Assembly (NCBI RefSeq): GCF_009914755.1
Contig: NC_060930.1
DNA: 64,000 nt
Source of the DNA: the human T2T-CHM13v2.0 reference genome, Homo sapiens
Strand: one strand, 5' to 3'
The notes under the pieces were generated by a model. It was not told the DNA's origin. It ran no database searches and saw only the letters and a program-made list of their open reading frames with translations. Shown here piece by piece: positions 50,672 through 64,000 of the stretch; within the stretch, counting starts at the first letter, position 1, and each line of letters starts with the position of its first letter. The translations under genes were made by a program, and so were the position numbers.

Positions 50672-51610
50672 ATGAGTGCAAACACCTCCATGGTGACTGA
50701 GTTTCTTCTTCTCGGCTTCTCCCACCTGGCCGACCTCCAGGGCTTGCTCTTCTCTGTCTTTCTCACTATCTACCTGCTGACCGTGGCAGGCAATTTCCTC
50801 ATTGTGGTGCTGGTCTCCACTGATGCTGCCCTCCAGTCCCCTATGTACCTCTTCCTGCGCACCCTCTCGGCCTTGGAGATTGGCTATACGTCTGTCACGG
50901 TCCCCCTGCTACTTCACCACCTCCTTACTGGCCGGCGCCACATCTCTCGCTCTGGATGTGCTCTCCAGATGTTCTTCTTCCTCTTCTTTGGCGCCACGGA
51001 GTGCTGCCTCCTGGCAGCCATGGCCTATGACCGCTATGCAGCCATCTGTGAACCCCTCCGCTACCCACTGCTGCTGAGCCACCGGGTGTGTCTACAGCTA
51101 GCTGGGTCGGCGTGGGCCTGTGGGGTGCTGGTGGGGCTGGGCCACACCCCTTTCATCTTCTCTTTGCCCTTCTGCGGCCCCAATACCATCCAGCAGTTCT
51201 TCTGTGAGATCCAGCCTGTCCTGCAGCTGGTATGTGGAGACACCTCGCTTAATGAACTGCAGATTATCCTGGCAACAGCCCTCCTCATCCTCTGCCCCTT
51301 TGGCCTCATCCTGGGCTCCTACGGGCGTATCCTCGTTACCATCTTCCGGATCCCATCTGTTGCGGGCCGCCGCAAGGCCTTCTCCACCTGCTCCTCCCAC
51401 CTGATCGTGGTCTCCCTCTTCTATGGCACCGCACTCTTTATCTATATTCGCCCTAAGGCCAGCTACGATCCGGCCACTGACCCTCTGGTGTCCCTCTTCT
51501 ATGCTGTGGTCACCCCCATCCTCAACCCCATCATCTACAGCCTGCGGAACACAGAGGTCAAAGCTGCCCTAAAGAGAACCATCCAGAAAACGGTGCCTAT
51601 GGAGATTTGA
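50672..51610 (+). CDS. OR10C1: Olfactory receptor 10C1, 312 aa, intact (codon 55 = CAG)
   Basis: MSANTSMVTEFLLLGFS...; motifs LQSPMYLFL, MAYDRYAAICEPLRY, KAFSTCSSH, PILNPIIYSLRN; pyrimidine tract and acceptor AG at 50651-50652. Confidence 0.95.
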   Translation: MSANTSMVTEFLLLGFSHLADLQGLLFSVFLTIYLLTVAGNFLIVVLVSTDAALQSPMYLFLRTLSALEIGYTSVTVPLLLHHLLTGRRHISRSGCALQMFFFLFFGATECCLLAAMAYDRYAAICEPLRYPLLLSHRVCLQLAGSAWACGVLVGLGHTPFIFSLPFCGPNTIQQFFCEIQPVLQLVCGDTSLNELQIILATALLILCPFGLILGSYGRILVTIFRIPSVAGRRKAFSTCSSHLIVVSLFYGTALFIYIRPKASYDPATDPLVSLFYAVVTPILNPIIYSLRNTEVKAALKRTIQKTVPMEI

Positions 51611-52250
51611 AAAGGGGGCGATAGTGACTTCTGTGCAGTGCTCTGAGTCAGTCCCAAATACCTAAGGATCAAAGAGTCTCCCTTAAGGTCTTTCTTCACA
51701 TTAGGGGAGGGCCAGCCTGTCAGAAAGACAAACTTATCTTTGAAAAGCTACCGTAGTCAAATGCGCTCCTCAGACCCTCACAACACATACATATTCTATT
51801 CCGCTTTCTGTTGCAAGAAACAAGAAACCCAGGATGGAGGATCAATTTCAGAAGCAGAGCAAGTTGACAACCAGGGATAAAGTTACAAAATATTATCCTT
51901 ATCAGACTAGCAAGGTAATAAAATTTTCAGCCACAACAATGATCCTTAAAGTCATTTGACATTTGTACGTCCTAGGTAAGGCATTTGTTTCTTGGGTGGT
52001 ACTACTGGTTAGTACCTTAGCAAACATAATTATACCTAATTAAATCTACTACCAGCTAAAGACAGATTCCTCAAGAAGTAAGGAGTGGCCACAAAAGTTT
52101 CAATGAAGGTAAGTTCTTATGGAAATTCATATGCCGCAGAGGTTAAGAGAACAGATTCTGATGTCAGACAGACTTAAAGTCAAGTCTTATTTTTTCCAGC
52201 TAGTTAGCTAAGTGATCACAGGTGAATGATATAATCTCTCTGAGCCTTAA

Positions 52251-52606
52251 TTTTTTTAAATTTTATTTTAGATTCAAGGGTACATGTGCAGGTTTGTTAT
52301 ATAGGTAAATTTCACCTCACAGTGATTATTTAGTCACCCAGGTAATAAGCATAGTACCTGATAAGCAGTTTATTGATCCTCACCCTTCTTCTATCCTCCA
52401 CCCTCAATTATGTCCTGGTATCTGTTGTTCCTTTCTTTGTGTTCATGTGTACTCAGTGTTAGGTCCCACTTTTAAGTGAGAATATATGGTATTTGGTTTT
52501 CTGTTCCTGTGTTAGTTTGCTTAGAATAATGACCTCCAGTTCCATCCATGTTGCTGCAAAGGACATAATCTGTTTGTTTTTTGTTTTGTTCTGTTTTGTT
52601 TTTATG
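52251..52606 (-). mobile_element. L1PA 3' end inserted into a MIR, TSD TGAGCCTTAATTTT
   Basis: GGGTACATGTGCAGGTTTGTTATATAGGTAAA; TSD at 52241 and 52607; the MIR continues on both sides. Confidence 0.85.
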
Positions 52607-53764
52607 TGAGCCTTAATTTTCTTATCTATAAAGTTGCGGTAACAACAGAGTCTAATTCATTGGGTTTTTGTGAGGATTTGTAGACTTGCAAACAATCAAG
52701 CTTAATATCTGGCACAAAATAGTATCTTGATAGATGTTTTTGTTAGCAAGTCAGACAGGTCAGCGCAAAGGCTAATGTTTGGCTCACATGGGGTGACTTT
52801 GCTGGGAAGAGAAGGGTATTCTTGAAATATCAGTGGCATTGGAACCCACAAGAGACCCAGAGGAAGGTGGAAGAAGAGGCTCTATACATCACTGTTAACA
52901 GAAACTGCTACCCAGCACAGATATGAGCCAAAAACTACCAAGACACGGAAGAGCAAATATAAGGGCTATGATATGCAGGAGAGTCAGTGAACTGCAGAAC
53001 AAATAAGTGGAATAAGCTGAGAGGGTGAATCAAAAACAGCCATCTCCAAGAGGCAAGTATTTATTAATAATTAAAAGTGCAATCTACATACTTTATATCA
53101 TTCCAACACTTTATTCAAATGCAACAGTATTTATTGCAAACTTTCTATGTGCCTATTGCTCTTTGGCACTGTGGAGAATATCAAGTACATACAGGGTGGT
53201 GATTCTGTCCAGAGAGCACTTGCTGTCCTGTTAAGAAAGCACTGATTCTCATGAAACTATCAGAGAACAGTTTGCAAAGTAAGAAAACACTCAAAATGTA
53301 AAGCGAAAAGACAAAGGTGTTACTCCCTGTCCCCACCCCCCAAAAGGGGTTGTGTGGCCTTCCTCAAACTCATTTTATCAATGTGGAAAACCTCACAACT
53401 ACTGCTCTTCAATTGAACAAAACTGCAATAGCGAGGAACAGCATTTAAGAAGGGTTGCCTAAAGGATTGTCAAAACAGCTTTTCCTCTGATAATTTAAAA
53501 TCTAAATCTTATCCCCAAGCTAAAGCAGATGAGCACAGAGCTACACATTTAAAATGCTGAAATATTTCCACTTCCTACATATCTCCATCAACTCATCTTT
53601 CCTAGAACTGGTCTTGCTAAAGAGTGTTTTGGCATTAAGCCATTGGTTTACATTGAGAAAGATTACAAGAAGCAACATTATGAAACTCTCAGAGGGATCA
53701 TTTTTCTCATATCTCAGTGATAGGAATCACTGTATTTTTCCTGTCATATAAGCAATAACATTTC

Positions 53765-54385
53765 CTCACAGTTTTATGGAAGTACAATTGGCATATGACA
53801 AATTGTACATGTTTAAGTGTGCAATTTGATAAGTTTTGACCCATGTATGCACCATGACATTATAGGCGCAATCACGAAATGAACATATCCAGCCCCCGTG
53901 CTCCCTCACACTCCATTGTAATCTCTCTCTTTCACCCCTCCCTGCACTCCTCATTCCCAAGCAACCTCTGATCTGCTTCCCAGCACTATATTTTTCTTTT
54001 TTCAGAGTTTTATATAAATGAAATTATAAAATATGTACTCTTTTTAGTCTGACTTATATTTGGAGATTTGGCCATGTTGTGGTGTGTACAGCAGCCATTC
54101 CTTTTCATTTCTGAGTGATACTCCATTGTATAGATATGACATAATTTGTTCATCCATTCACCTGCTGAAGGAAATTTGGGTTGTTTTCACAATTTTTTAT
54201 TCATTCACCTGCTAAAGGAAGTTCAGGTTGTTTCCAGTTTTTGGTTCATAGAATGAAGGTTCTATGAACATTTGTGTACAAAGTCTTTGTATGCTTTCAT
54301 TTCTCTGGGGTAAATACATAGATGTGAAATGGCTGCATCACATGGGAAGTGTATGTTTAATTTTTTAAGAAATTAAGTAATCACT
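53765..54385 (-). mobile_element. L1MD/L1MC 3' remnant
   Basis: ACAAATTGTACATGTTTAAGTGTGCAATTTGATAAGTTTTGAC...CATTTGTGTACAAAGTCTTTGT. Confidence 0.7.
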
Positions 54386-54676
54386 TTTCCTCTTAACATG
54401 ACAGCTAGCAAGTTTCCACCTGAATTTGTAACTCATCTCCAGGAAATGTGCAATTCCTCACGATATATTTTTGAGATATCTAGTTTCTGGTCTCACTTGC
54501 TGTTGTTGTTGTTGTTCTATTCTACCTTTTTCTTTGTCCAGTCTCTCTCATCCTTATTTTCTGTACATTTATGTAACCCAGCACATTAGTCTTTCTGGAG
54601 CAAGACTTAGAGCCACCAATCAGTAATTAAAAAAAAAAAAATAGACAGGGGAAAGTATTGAATGGAAAATCCCTGG

Positions 54677-55042
54677 TTATATGGTTTGGCTCTATGTCCC
54701 CACCCAAATCTCATCTTGTAGCTCCCATAATTCCCATGTGTTGTGGGAGGGACCTGGTGAGAGATGATTGAATTATGGGGGTGGATGTTTCCTGTGCTGT
54801 TCTTGTGATAGTGAATGGGTCTCACATGATCTGATGGTTTTAGAAATGGGAGCTGCCCTACACAAGCTCTCATTTTTCCTGCTACTATCCATGTAAGATG
54901 TGATTTGCTCCTCCTTGCCTTCCACCATGATTGTGAGGCCTCCCCAGTCATGTGGAACTGTAAGTCCAATAAACCTCTTTGTTTTGTAAATTGCCCAGCC
55001 TTGGGTAAGTCTTTATCAGCAGTGTGAAAACAGACTAATACA
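54677..55042 (+). mobile_element. THE1 (MaLR) solo LTR, full length
   Basis: T(T)ATATGGTTTGGCTCTATGTCCCCACCCAAATCTCATCTTG...AATAAACCTC...CAGACTAATACA; flanks CCCTGG/CCTTGG. Confidence 0.92.
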
Positions 55043-55667
55043 CCTTGGTAAAGATTGAAGACATGGGTTGTGATCTCTACTCCGTTACTAAAACTTTACA
55101 GGACCTAGAGCAAACTCTTTGCATCATCTTTTTGGTTTTCAATTTCATCATCAATAAACATAAAGGCTAAATCAAATGAGCTCTGGATTGAGTTCCAGAT
55201 CCACTATTCTGTGCTTATTTGTCCCAAGGACTATATGCTTCTTATAGCTGATACTCTCACAAAGAACCAGAAGGAAGATTGCAGCAAATGCTCTTTCTCC
55301 ACCATAGATAGCTACCAAGGGACCTTGAACTACATTAATCCTGGGCAATATAAGCACAGTCATTGGTTTTCAAGACAAACACCACTCAAAAGCTAGGGAG
55401 AGTCCATCAGTGATCCCCATATTGAGTCTTCCCCCACTGTATTCTACCTTCCTGAACCTCACATCTCCCTTACTCACACCTGCCATTGCCCCTGAGCAAA
55501 ACTTGACCTGCTTCTTGAAATCCCACTGCTCTGTCCCTAATATTTCCTCCTACCAACCTTTCTCCCTGACACTCCCTTCCTCAACTTCCCTAATCCCATG
55601 GGACCCACTCACTATAGTGCACCCCAGCTCCTGATGGTATCTGCTACCAGAAGTATCCTCATTCTTT

Positions 55668-55960
<293 letters not shown>

Positions 55961-58604
55961 AGTATCCTCATTCTTTAGCTTTGCAGAACTGAAGTAAGAA
56001 GTGACTGTGGCATCAGGGAGGGAGGGTAGAAGTCAGATGGAAGGGAAGGGAGAAGGAGAGAAAGAAGAAACAGAGGCAGGCTGAAGAACTGAGCAGAGAA
56101 AAGAGAAAGAACAAAAAAGACCTCAGAGGAAGACTCACCGGCTCACAAGGAAAGCCATCTCTGTGCATCCCAGGCCAATCTCTTCACAGGGCTTGGAGAA
56201 ACCTCCCAACCAGAGCTCACTCCCACAGTCTATGCTCACTGCTTCCCTGCATCAGCTCCTCCTGTGGCAGCATGGTCCCCCTGCGTTTCTGCTCCCCACT
56301 GAGCTCTCTGGGATTCACAAATCAGTGCCCTAGGGAGGGCTTGGAGAGCCTAGCACGTGGGGATCTTACACAGGGGCCAGGAAAGGGATGTAGGACTCAG
56401 GAAGAGACACTGAACAAAGGCTGTGGCTCAGTCCTGGAAATGGGAGCGTGTGCTTGTCCATTGCCAGCCTCTCTGCCTCTCTAGGTTGTGTGCCCTCACT
56501 GGCCTTAACTCTTTCCAGTCAGGGAAGACTAGGAAAGAGTTGGAAGAGGAAATATTGTAGAAGAAAGAAGAGAACTCAGGTACATCAGGGCCACCAAGAA
56601 ACAGGGGCTCTGGGTCTCCCAGGGACATAAGGAGAAGGATTAGGAGCTGACCAGGCTTGCTACACAAAAGATTCCAGGGTTGATCCTCTGAGAGTTGAGA
56701 AAAACAGAAAGTGGGATCTCAGTGCAAACTTCAAGCTTCAAAGATGCCACCCATCATCTATTCAACTTTTTTTTTCTTTTGGCTAACCCTTTACACTTCT
56801 TTCAAGTCTGCGAATAATTATCAAGTTCCCACAGTGTGCCTTATTCTACATAGTGCTGGCAATCTGGTCAACTTCCTTTGTATTTCTCCTCTGCTCAGCT
56901 TTTCAGTGGATCCTCTTCATTCTCCTTCATTCTCACTGCAGCCCAGACCCACTTCCTCCCTTCCCTGAGCTTCCCTTGCCTATCTCCCTCCTCATCACCC
57001 AATCCCATTTCCTGCAAGAAGAGGCAATATTATTAATCTGTCTCATCTACCATAACCACCACCTGGTTTGTGCAATAGCATTTTCTGGATGTTTCCTCTC
57101 CTGGCAGCCAGGACTGACAATGTCACCTGCCAGGGGCCTGGAAAGCCAAGCCACAACCTTCTTAACCAATTAGAGGCACTGCAGAGAAGCAGCAGGAGTC
57201 AGGGCACTTGCACCCAAGAATGATAGATATATTTATTCACCACATATGTATGGATATAGTTAGAGAAACAAGCCTCAAGGCACAACGATTGACTGAGGTT
57301 AGACATTCGGCCACTTGAGAGAATGAGGAGGTGGAAGCACAGAAGTTAAAAGTCATCTCTCTCCCATTTGCTTCAACCTCAGCATGCCTGAAAAAAACAT
57401 GGTTGATAATATACCAGTCAGTGACCAAGCCCTAATGAAATGACTGACTTACCAATACTGACTTCTCAGGAGGCTGATTTAGAGCCAAAGTAACTGCTGA
57501 GTTCTGAATAAGCAGCACACCTGGTCTGCATAATAAGATCCATTTTGCAATCACCCTCTTCAGAAAGCCAAATAATAGGTCAAAAGGTGGTTTAGAACCC
57601 AAGCAGCGGAAATAACACAGTTGAGGACTCTGTCGACCATAGGCACCCTGATGGACCTAAATAAATTACTCAACTTTTCACGAGAATATTTTACCTAATA
57701 ACTGGAACTTATCATCCAGAACAATGTTTTCTGCCTCTTTGTTTTTCAGTTCATGATATTCCTGTGGACTGGCTTTACTCCTAATTTCCGACCCCAATAA
57801 GATCCTGGTCTAGTTCTTGGTATCTAGACCTAATTCCCCATTTGCATAAAAGAATACAAATGATAAACATAGAAACCCTGACCATCCTTGACTCCAAGGG
57901 TAAAAATACTGCCCTAGGCAATCATGATGCCTCTTATTTACTGCCTTTCAAATAGAAACTTTCTAAAGCAGCCATTGGGAAATAGTTCATTTTTGCAATG
58001 GACCACAGATACCTATACACATTGGGCTTATCATTTTGATCTTTATTCAGCTCCTAAAAATAGTCAATTTGAAAAATGGGGTTTGCATTGACAGTTTTAT
58101 ATTATTGATGCCAATTTGGAATTTTATACTTGATAATATTTATTTGTTGAATGAATTTGAACGAGTGGTAGAAGACTCTTCTGGCTGGAGCACTTTTAAG
58201 TCTTGCACTAGCATGGGTCTGGAAATGAACTGAAGGAGGACTAGAGATAAGTACAGGGGTGCGTCCCAATTGTGAATGAGAATGCAGGCCATATACTCTT
58301 TGGAGAATCACCATTATGGGCCCTCTGGCAGTATAAATGAGGCCATTGTAGAGTTATTCTTCTGTATTATCCAAAGAGAGGACCTAAAACAAATTAGTGA
58401 AATAAATACTGTAGGATTTCTGCTAGATGATGAGGCTTTTAATTCTTCCTGTTTCTGGGATGGCCTGGCTGGGCCTCCTTAGGAACTCAGCTCATTCCCC
58501 ATTCCTCCTTGACACTGGATATGCATTCTTTGCATTCCTTGGCTTTCTCTCTGGTGTTCTATAGAAAGTAAATGAGTCACAGTTCCTTCAGTTCTTTCTT
58601 TTAG

Positions 58605-58971
<367 letters not shown>

Positions 58972-59649
58972 ACACGACCCTTTCTAAGGAAGTGAAGATG
59001 GCACATGGAGACCAAGTACAGAAAGGACTACTGGGGGTCTTGGATGGCCCTCCAATGCTGTTGTCTCTCCAGTTCCTCTTGGATAATTCTGGTGTCCATG
59101 AATTATTATGTTGCCACATTTGGATGCCCCATAAGGGTCACTTGAGAAAATCATGAAATCTGGGAAAGGAAGGGCAAGTCATAGAATCCTGCCACTATAG
59201 AATAATGTCTGACAACCAAGTGATACATTCTGTTTAAGTAGGCACCAAACTGTCGGCAAAAGCCCCATTTTCGAGTTGGCCAGTTCTGGCAATTTTCTGT
59301 GTCCATTCTGCATGCCACTCAACTCCTCTAATGAATTCTTATTCCTTTTCAAGCCTTCTGTATTCCTTCTTATCATACTGGACACTTTGACCTCTGGTGT
59401 CCTAGAACTCCTGCTTCCCATGACTTCCATCTCCAATTCCAATAAACACCTTCTTTTTAAAAATTTCCTGATATTACCCAGTAGCTCTCATCCCTATTTC
59501 CCTTTGAAGTACTCATGTTTTTTATGATCCCTTCTCCCAACACTTTTCTTGCCTTCAATGTATTTTTAATGACTGGTGACCTCTTACCTCTCCTTCTTTT
59601 ACTTTAACCTCTAACTTCTCCTAATCAATATGCCTTAAAACTCTTTCAG

Positions 59650-60010
59650 TGAAGGCAAAATGATGAAGAAAGTAGAAATATCAGTGGTTTCCAGAGGTTA
59701 CAGCAGGAGTATGGGGTCAGAGAAGGAATGATGAATAGAAAGCACAGAGAACCTTGGGGCAGTCACACTATTCTGTATGTACTAGGATTCACTTGTCCAA
59801 ACACATAGAATATATAGTACCAAGAGTGAGTCCTGAAGTAAACAATGGACGTTGGGTGATAATGATATGTCAGTGTAAGTTTATCAGTTATAACAAATTA
59901 CCACTCTAATATGGGATGTTGTTAGTAGGAGAGTCCACCTAGGGAGGAAGGGCAGGAGGTATACAGAAAACCTCTCTACTCTCTGTTCAGTTTTACTATT
60001 TAAAGAAAAG
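59650..60010 (+). mobile_element. L1MD/L1MC 3' remnant
   Basis: TCAGTGGTTTCCAGAGG...GTCAGTGTAAGTTTATCAGTTATAACAAATTACCACTCT. Confidence 0.7.
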
Positions 60011-60278
60011 GAAAGAAGAAGAAAACTTCAAATACCTCCCTATAATCCTATACTAAATGATACTCTAGCTATCTTGCCCCCTCTTAATTACCAGAAGTTT
60101 CTAATCTCTACATATGTTAAGTACTCAAAAAATATTTCAAAAAATCAAATATCAAAAATAAATTACTCAAGCTACGTCTCACAAAAAAGTATCTTTCTTT
60201 CCCAGTTATGATTTTTCTTCCTTCTTCTGATATCCTCACAACTGAACATTTCCTTCGAATACACCCACCCACCCATAA

Positions 60279-60597
<319 letters not shown>

Positions 60598-61199
60598 TGA
60601 CCATCTTTCTTACCACTCATCCACAAAGCTCACAAAACGAGAAGCTGCTCAAAACACTGAGATGCCCCTCTAGGCTGGTAACAGCGTGACTTAGAATAAG
60701 TCCTCCAACTTTTCTAGCTTTCTCACCGAAAAATGGGCCTGTGGCAGCACAGTTTTATGAGTAACTAAGATATGGGATGTAGAAAGACCCTAGAAGAGGA
60801 AAAAAAACACAACAATGGTCATTGTTAAAACAGGGGACTACATTTGTCCTTGGTTCCACCACTGTCCCACAGCCCCAGCTGGTAGTTTGGCTTCTCCCAT
60901 GCAGCCTCCCTCTTAGGCCCAACCATAGTATCAAAACTCTCAACAGCTATCCCAGACCTGCTGGGTCATCCCTCACAACAGAAACTCAGTGTTTGGGTAG
61001 AGTGGAGAGGCTTGTAGTGATCTTAACTTTCCTGAGAATGCTCAGCCTAATTATGTCCCGGGTATAGAATCCAACCTCATCCTTGAAAAACTGAAAGCTG
61101 TCCACAGCTATAATCCTAAAATATTTTATTGGAATCTTAAAAGCAGACATATGTTCATTACAACATCCACTGCTCTGTTAAGTACTCCATCTGGCATGG

Positions 61200-63005
61200 C
61201 ACAGAATATGGCAACAATGTCCAAGCTGAGAGACAAATCAACAGTGCAATTACATTCACAATAGCCACACACACACACACAATACCTAGGAAAGCAGCTA
61301 GACAGAGAGATGAAAGACCTCTACAACAAGCAAGCATTACAAAACACTGCTGAAGGAAATCAGAGACAACACACACAAAAAATGGAAAAAACATTCCATG
61401 TTCATGAATAGGAAGAATCCGTATTATCCAAATGGTTATATGACCCAAAGTAACTTACAGATTCAATGCTATTCCTATTAAACTACCCATGACATTTTTC
61501 ACAGAACTAGAAACAACTATTCTAAAATTCATATGTAACCAAAAAAGAGCACAAATAGCCAAAGCAATCCTAAGCAAAAAGAACAAAGCTGAGGACATCA
61601 CATTATCCAACTTCAAGCTATACTACAAGGTTACAGTAACCAAAATAGCATGGTACTGTTACAAACACAGATACATAGACCAATGGAACAGACCAGAGAA
61701 CCCAGAAATAATGCCGCACACCTACAACCATCTTATCTTCAACAAAGTCAACAAAAATAAGCACTCACTATTCAATAAATGGTGCTGGGCTAACTGGCTA
61801 GCCGTATTAGGAAGATTGAAACTGGACCCTTTCCTTTCACCATATGCAAAAGTCAACTCGAAGTAAATTAAAGATTTAAAAGTAAAACCTAAAACTATAA
61901 AAACCTTGGGAGAAAATCCAGCAAATACCATTCTGTACATACAAATGGGTGAAGATTTCATGATAAAGTTGTCAAAAGTAATGGAAACAAAAACAGAAAT
62001 AGACAAGTGGAACTTAATTAAACTAAAGAGCTTCTGCACAGCCAAAGAAACCATCAAGACAGTAAATAAACAGCCTACAGTATGGGAGAAAATGTTTGCA
62101 AACTATGCATCTGACAAAAGTCTAATATCCAGAGCTTATAAGGAACTTAAAGAGAAAAAAAATTTTTTTTAAATGGGCAAAGGACATGAACAGACACGTC
62201 TCAAAAGAAGACATACATGTAGCCAAGAAGCACATGAAAAAAATGCCCAATATCACTATTCATTAGAGAAATGCAAGTGAAAACCACAGTGAGATACCAT
62301 CTCATATCAGTCAGAATGACTCAAAAAATAACAGATGCTGGAAGCATCGTGGAGAAAAAAGGAATGCTTACACACTGCTGCTGAGAATGTATGTTAGCTC
62401 ATACATGCTGCTGAGAATGTATGTTGAAAGTGGTTTGGAGATTTCTCAAAGAACTTAAAACTGAACTGCCATTTGACCCAGCAATCTCATTACTGGAAAT
62501 ATACACGAAGGAATATAAATTATTCTACCATAAAGAGTCATGTATGTGTATGTGTTCACAATAGCAAAGACATGGAATCAACCTAAATACCTATCAACAG
62601 TGGACTGGAGAAGAAAAATGCATGGTACTTATATACCATGGAATACTATACACCCATGAAAAATGAAATCATGGCCTTTGCAGCAACATGGATCCTGATG
62701 GAGACCATTATCCTAAACAAATTAAAGCAGGATTGGAAAACCAAATGCTGCATGTTCTCACTTGTAAGTGGGAGCAAAACATTGAATACACATGACCACA
62801 AAGAAAGTAACAATAGACACCAGGGCCTACTTGAGTTGGAAGAATGGCAGGATGGTGAGGGTCAAAAAACTACCTATTGGTTACTGTGCTCACTACCTAG
62901 GTGACAAAATCATTTGTACACCAAACCCCAATGACACGCAATTTACCCGTGTAACAAACCTGCACCTGTGCCCCTTGAAACTAAAATAAAAATTAGGGGA
63001 AAAAA
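61200..63005 (+). mobile_element. 5'-truncated old L1PA/L1PB (ORF2 C-terminal half, 3' UTR)
   Basis: ORFs 61489-61866 and 61906-62172 are L1 ORF2; ends CCCCTTGAAACTAAAATAAAAAT. Confidence 0.9.
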
Positions 63006-63029
63006 AGGAGAAGAGAGATAAAAGGGCAA

Positions 63030-64000
63030 ACAAAAAAATTGTTCAAAAAATGTTGGCAAAATTTTTTCAAATTCGATAAAAATAGCAATCCACATTATCA
63101 ATACCACATCTACATACATCATAAACTGAGAAAAACAAAGATTTAAAAAGAAAAATCTGAAAACCCGCTGAAGTGGTAGAGACATATTGCATAATAAGGA
63201 ATAACAATAAAAATGACTGCCAACATCTCAACAGAAACAAAGGGAGTCAGAAGGCTATGAATTATCTTTCAAATGTGAAGAGAAAAAAAATCTGCCAACT
63301 TAGAATTACCCAGTGGGGGAAAATAATCTTTCTTAAATGAAGGCAAAATAAAGCCATCTGAAATTAAAAAGAAGCTGAGAAAATTTGTTGCCAGAAGATA
63401 CTCACTAAAAGAATAAAAAAGGATAAAGGAAGTTTTTCAGGCTATAGAGAAATTATAATATTTGGAGTTTCAAATCTATGAGAAGGAACGAAAAACTTTC
63501 AAGATTGGAAACATAAAAGTGTATATAAAAGTTATCTTCTTCCTTTTCTTAAATTCATTAAAAGTCTAAAAATAATGATAATATATTACAAGGGTTGTAA
63601 CATATGTAAAGTAAAACACGGCAATAGCTGCACAAAGAATGGGAGGAATTATAACTAATTTTATTATTATCAGATTTTTATATTCTATGTTAAAGGTATT
63701 GTATTAAGTCAGAGTAGACTCTTATAAGTTCAGGATCCATATGGTATCCCCAAGAAAAAAACTTGCACTTTAAATATAAAGACAGCTTAATCATAAATAC
63801 ACTTATAGATTAAAAATAAAATTATAATATAAATTATGAAATAAATAATAAATATAAATTAATATATATACATTAAAAATAAAATTCACCAGATATGGTG
63901 AATTAAAGAGGACAGCAAATCCTTCCTTCCTCCACCTCACAAATAAATTATAAAACCAGAAAAATTGTCAAAAACAATCATTTCAGGTGTCTGGAAATAA
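63030..64000 (+). mobile_element. Ancient L1M ORF1/inter-ORF remnant
   Basis: GCCAACTTAGAATT...AATGAAGGCAAAATAAAG...GAGAAAATTTGTTGCCAGAAGA. Confidence 0.5.

Noticed and set aside
63780-63885. AT-rich low-complexity tract
   Set aside because: No regular period or structure; degenerate L1-associated sequence.

Overview
Human (or very close great-ape) DNA from the olfactory-receptor cluster of the extended MHC class I region (6p22.1), recognised from the proteins. It contains OR12D2 (+, intact, 7347-8270), OR12D1 (+, 16-bp frameshift allele, 27938-28884), OR11A1 (-, intact, 37350-38297, with three predicted non-coding 5' exons) and OR10C1 (+, intact Gln55 allele, 50672-51610). OR12D2 and OR12D1 sit in an old tandem duplication that includes their promoters. 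The rest is AT-rich and dense in L1, Alu, MIR/L2, MaLR/ERVL and DNA-transposon remnants. The most unexpected object is a ~530-bp insertion at ~47481-48015. It joins a CpG-rich copy of the 5' end of what I recognise as ABCB7 (5' UTR plus the start of the mitochondrial presequence) through a CAC microhomology to an internal L1 piece with no poly(A) tail, which looks like a non-classical, repair-type capture event. Other notable signals are stacked hairpin (templated-insertion) scars inside old L1s, a probable OR12D2/OR12D1 gene-conversion tract, and uORF arrangements at OR10C1 and OR11A1. Gene, allele and repeat-family names come from recall, not database searches, and repeat boundaries are approximate.
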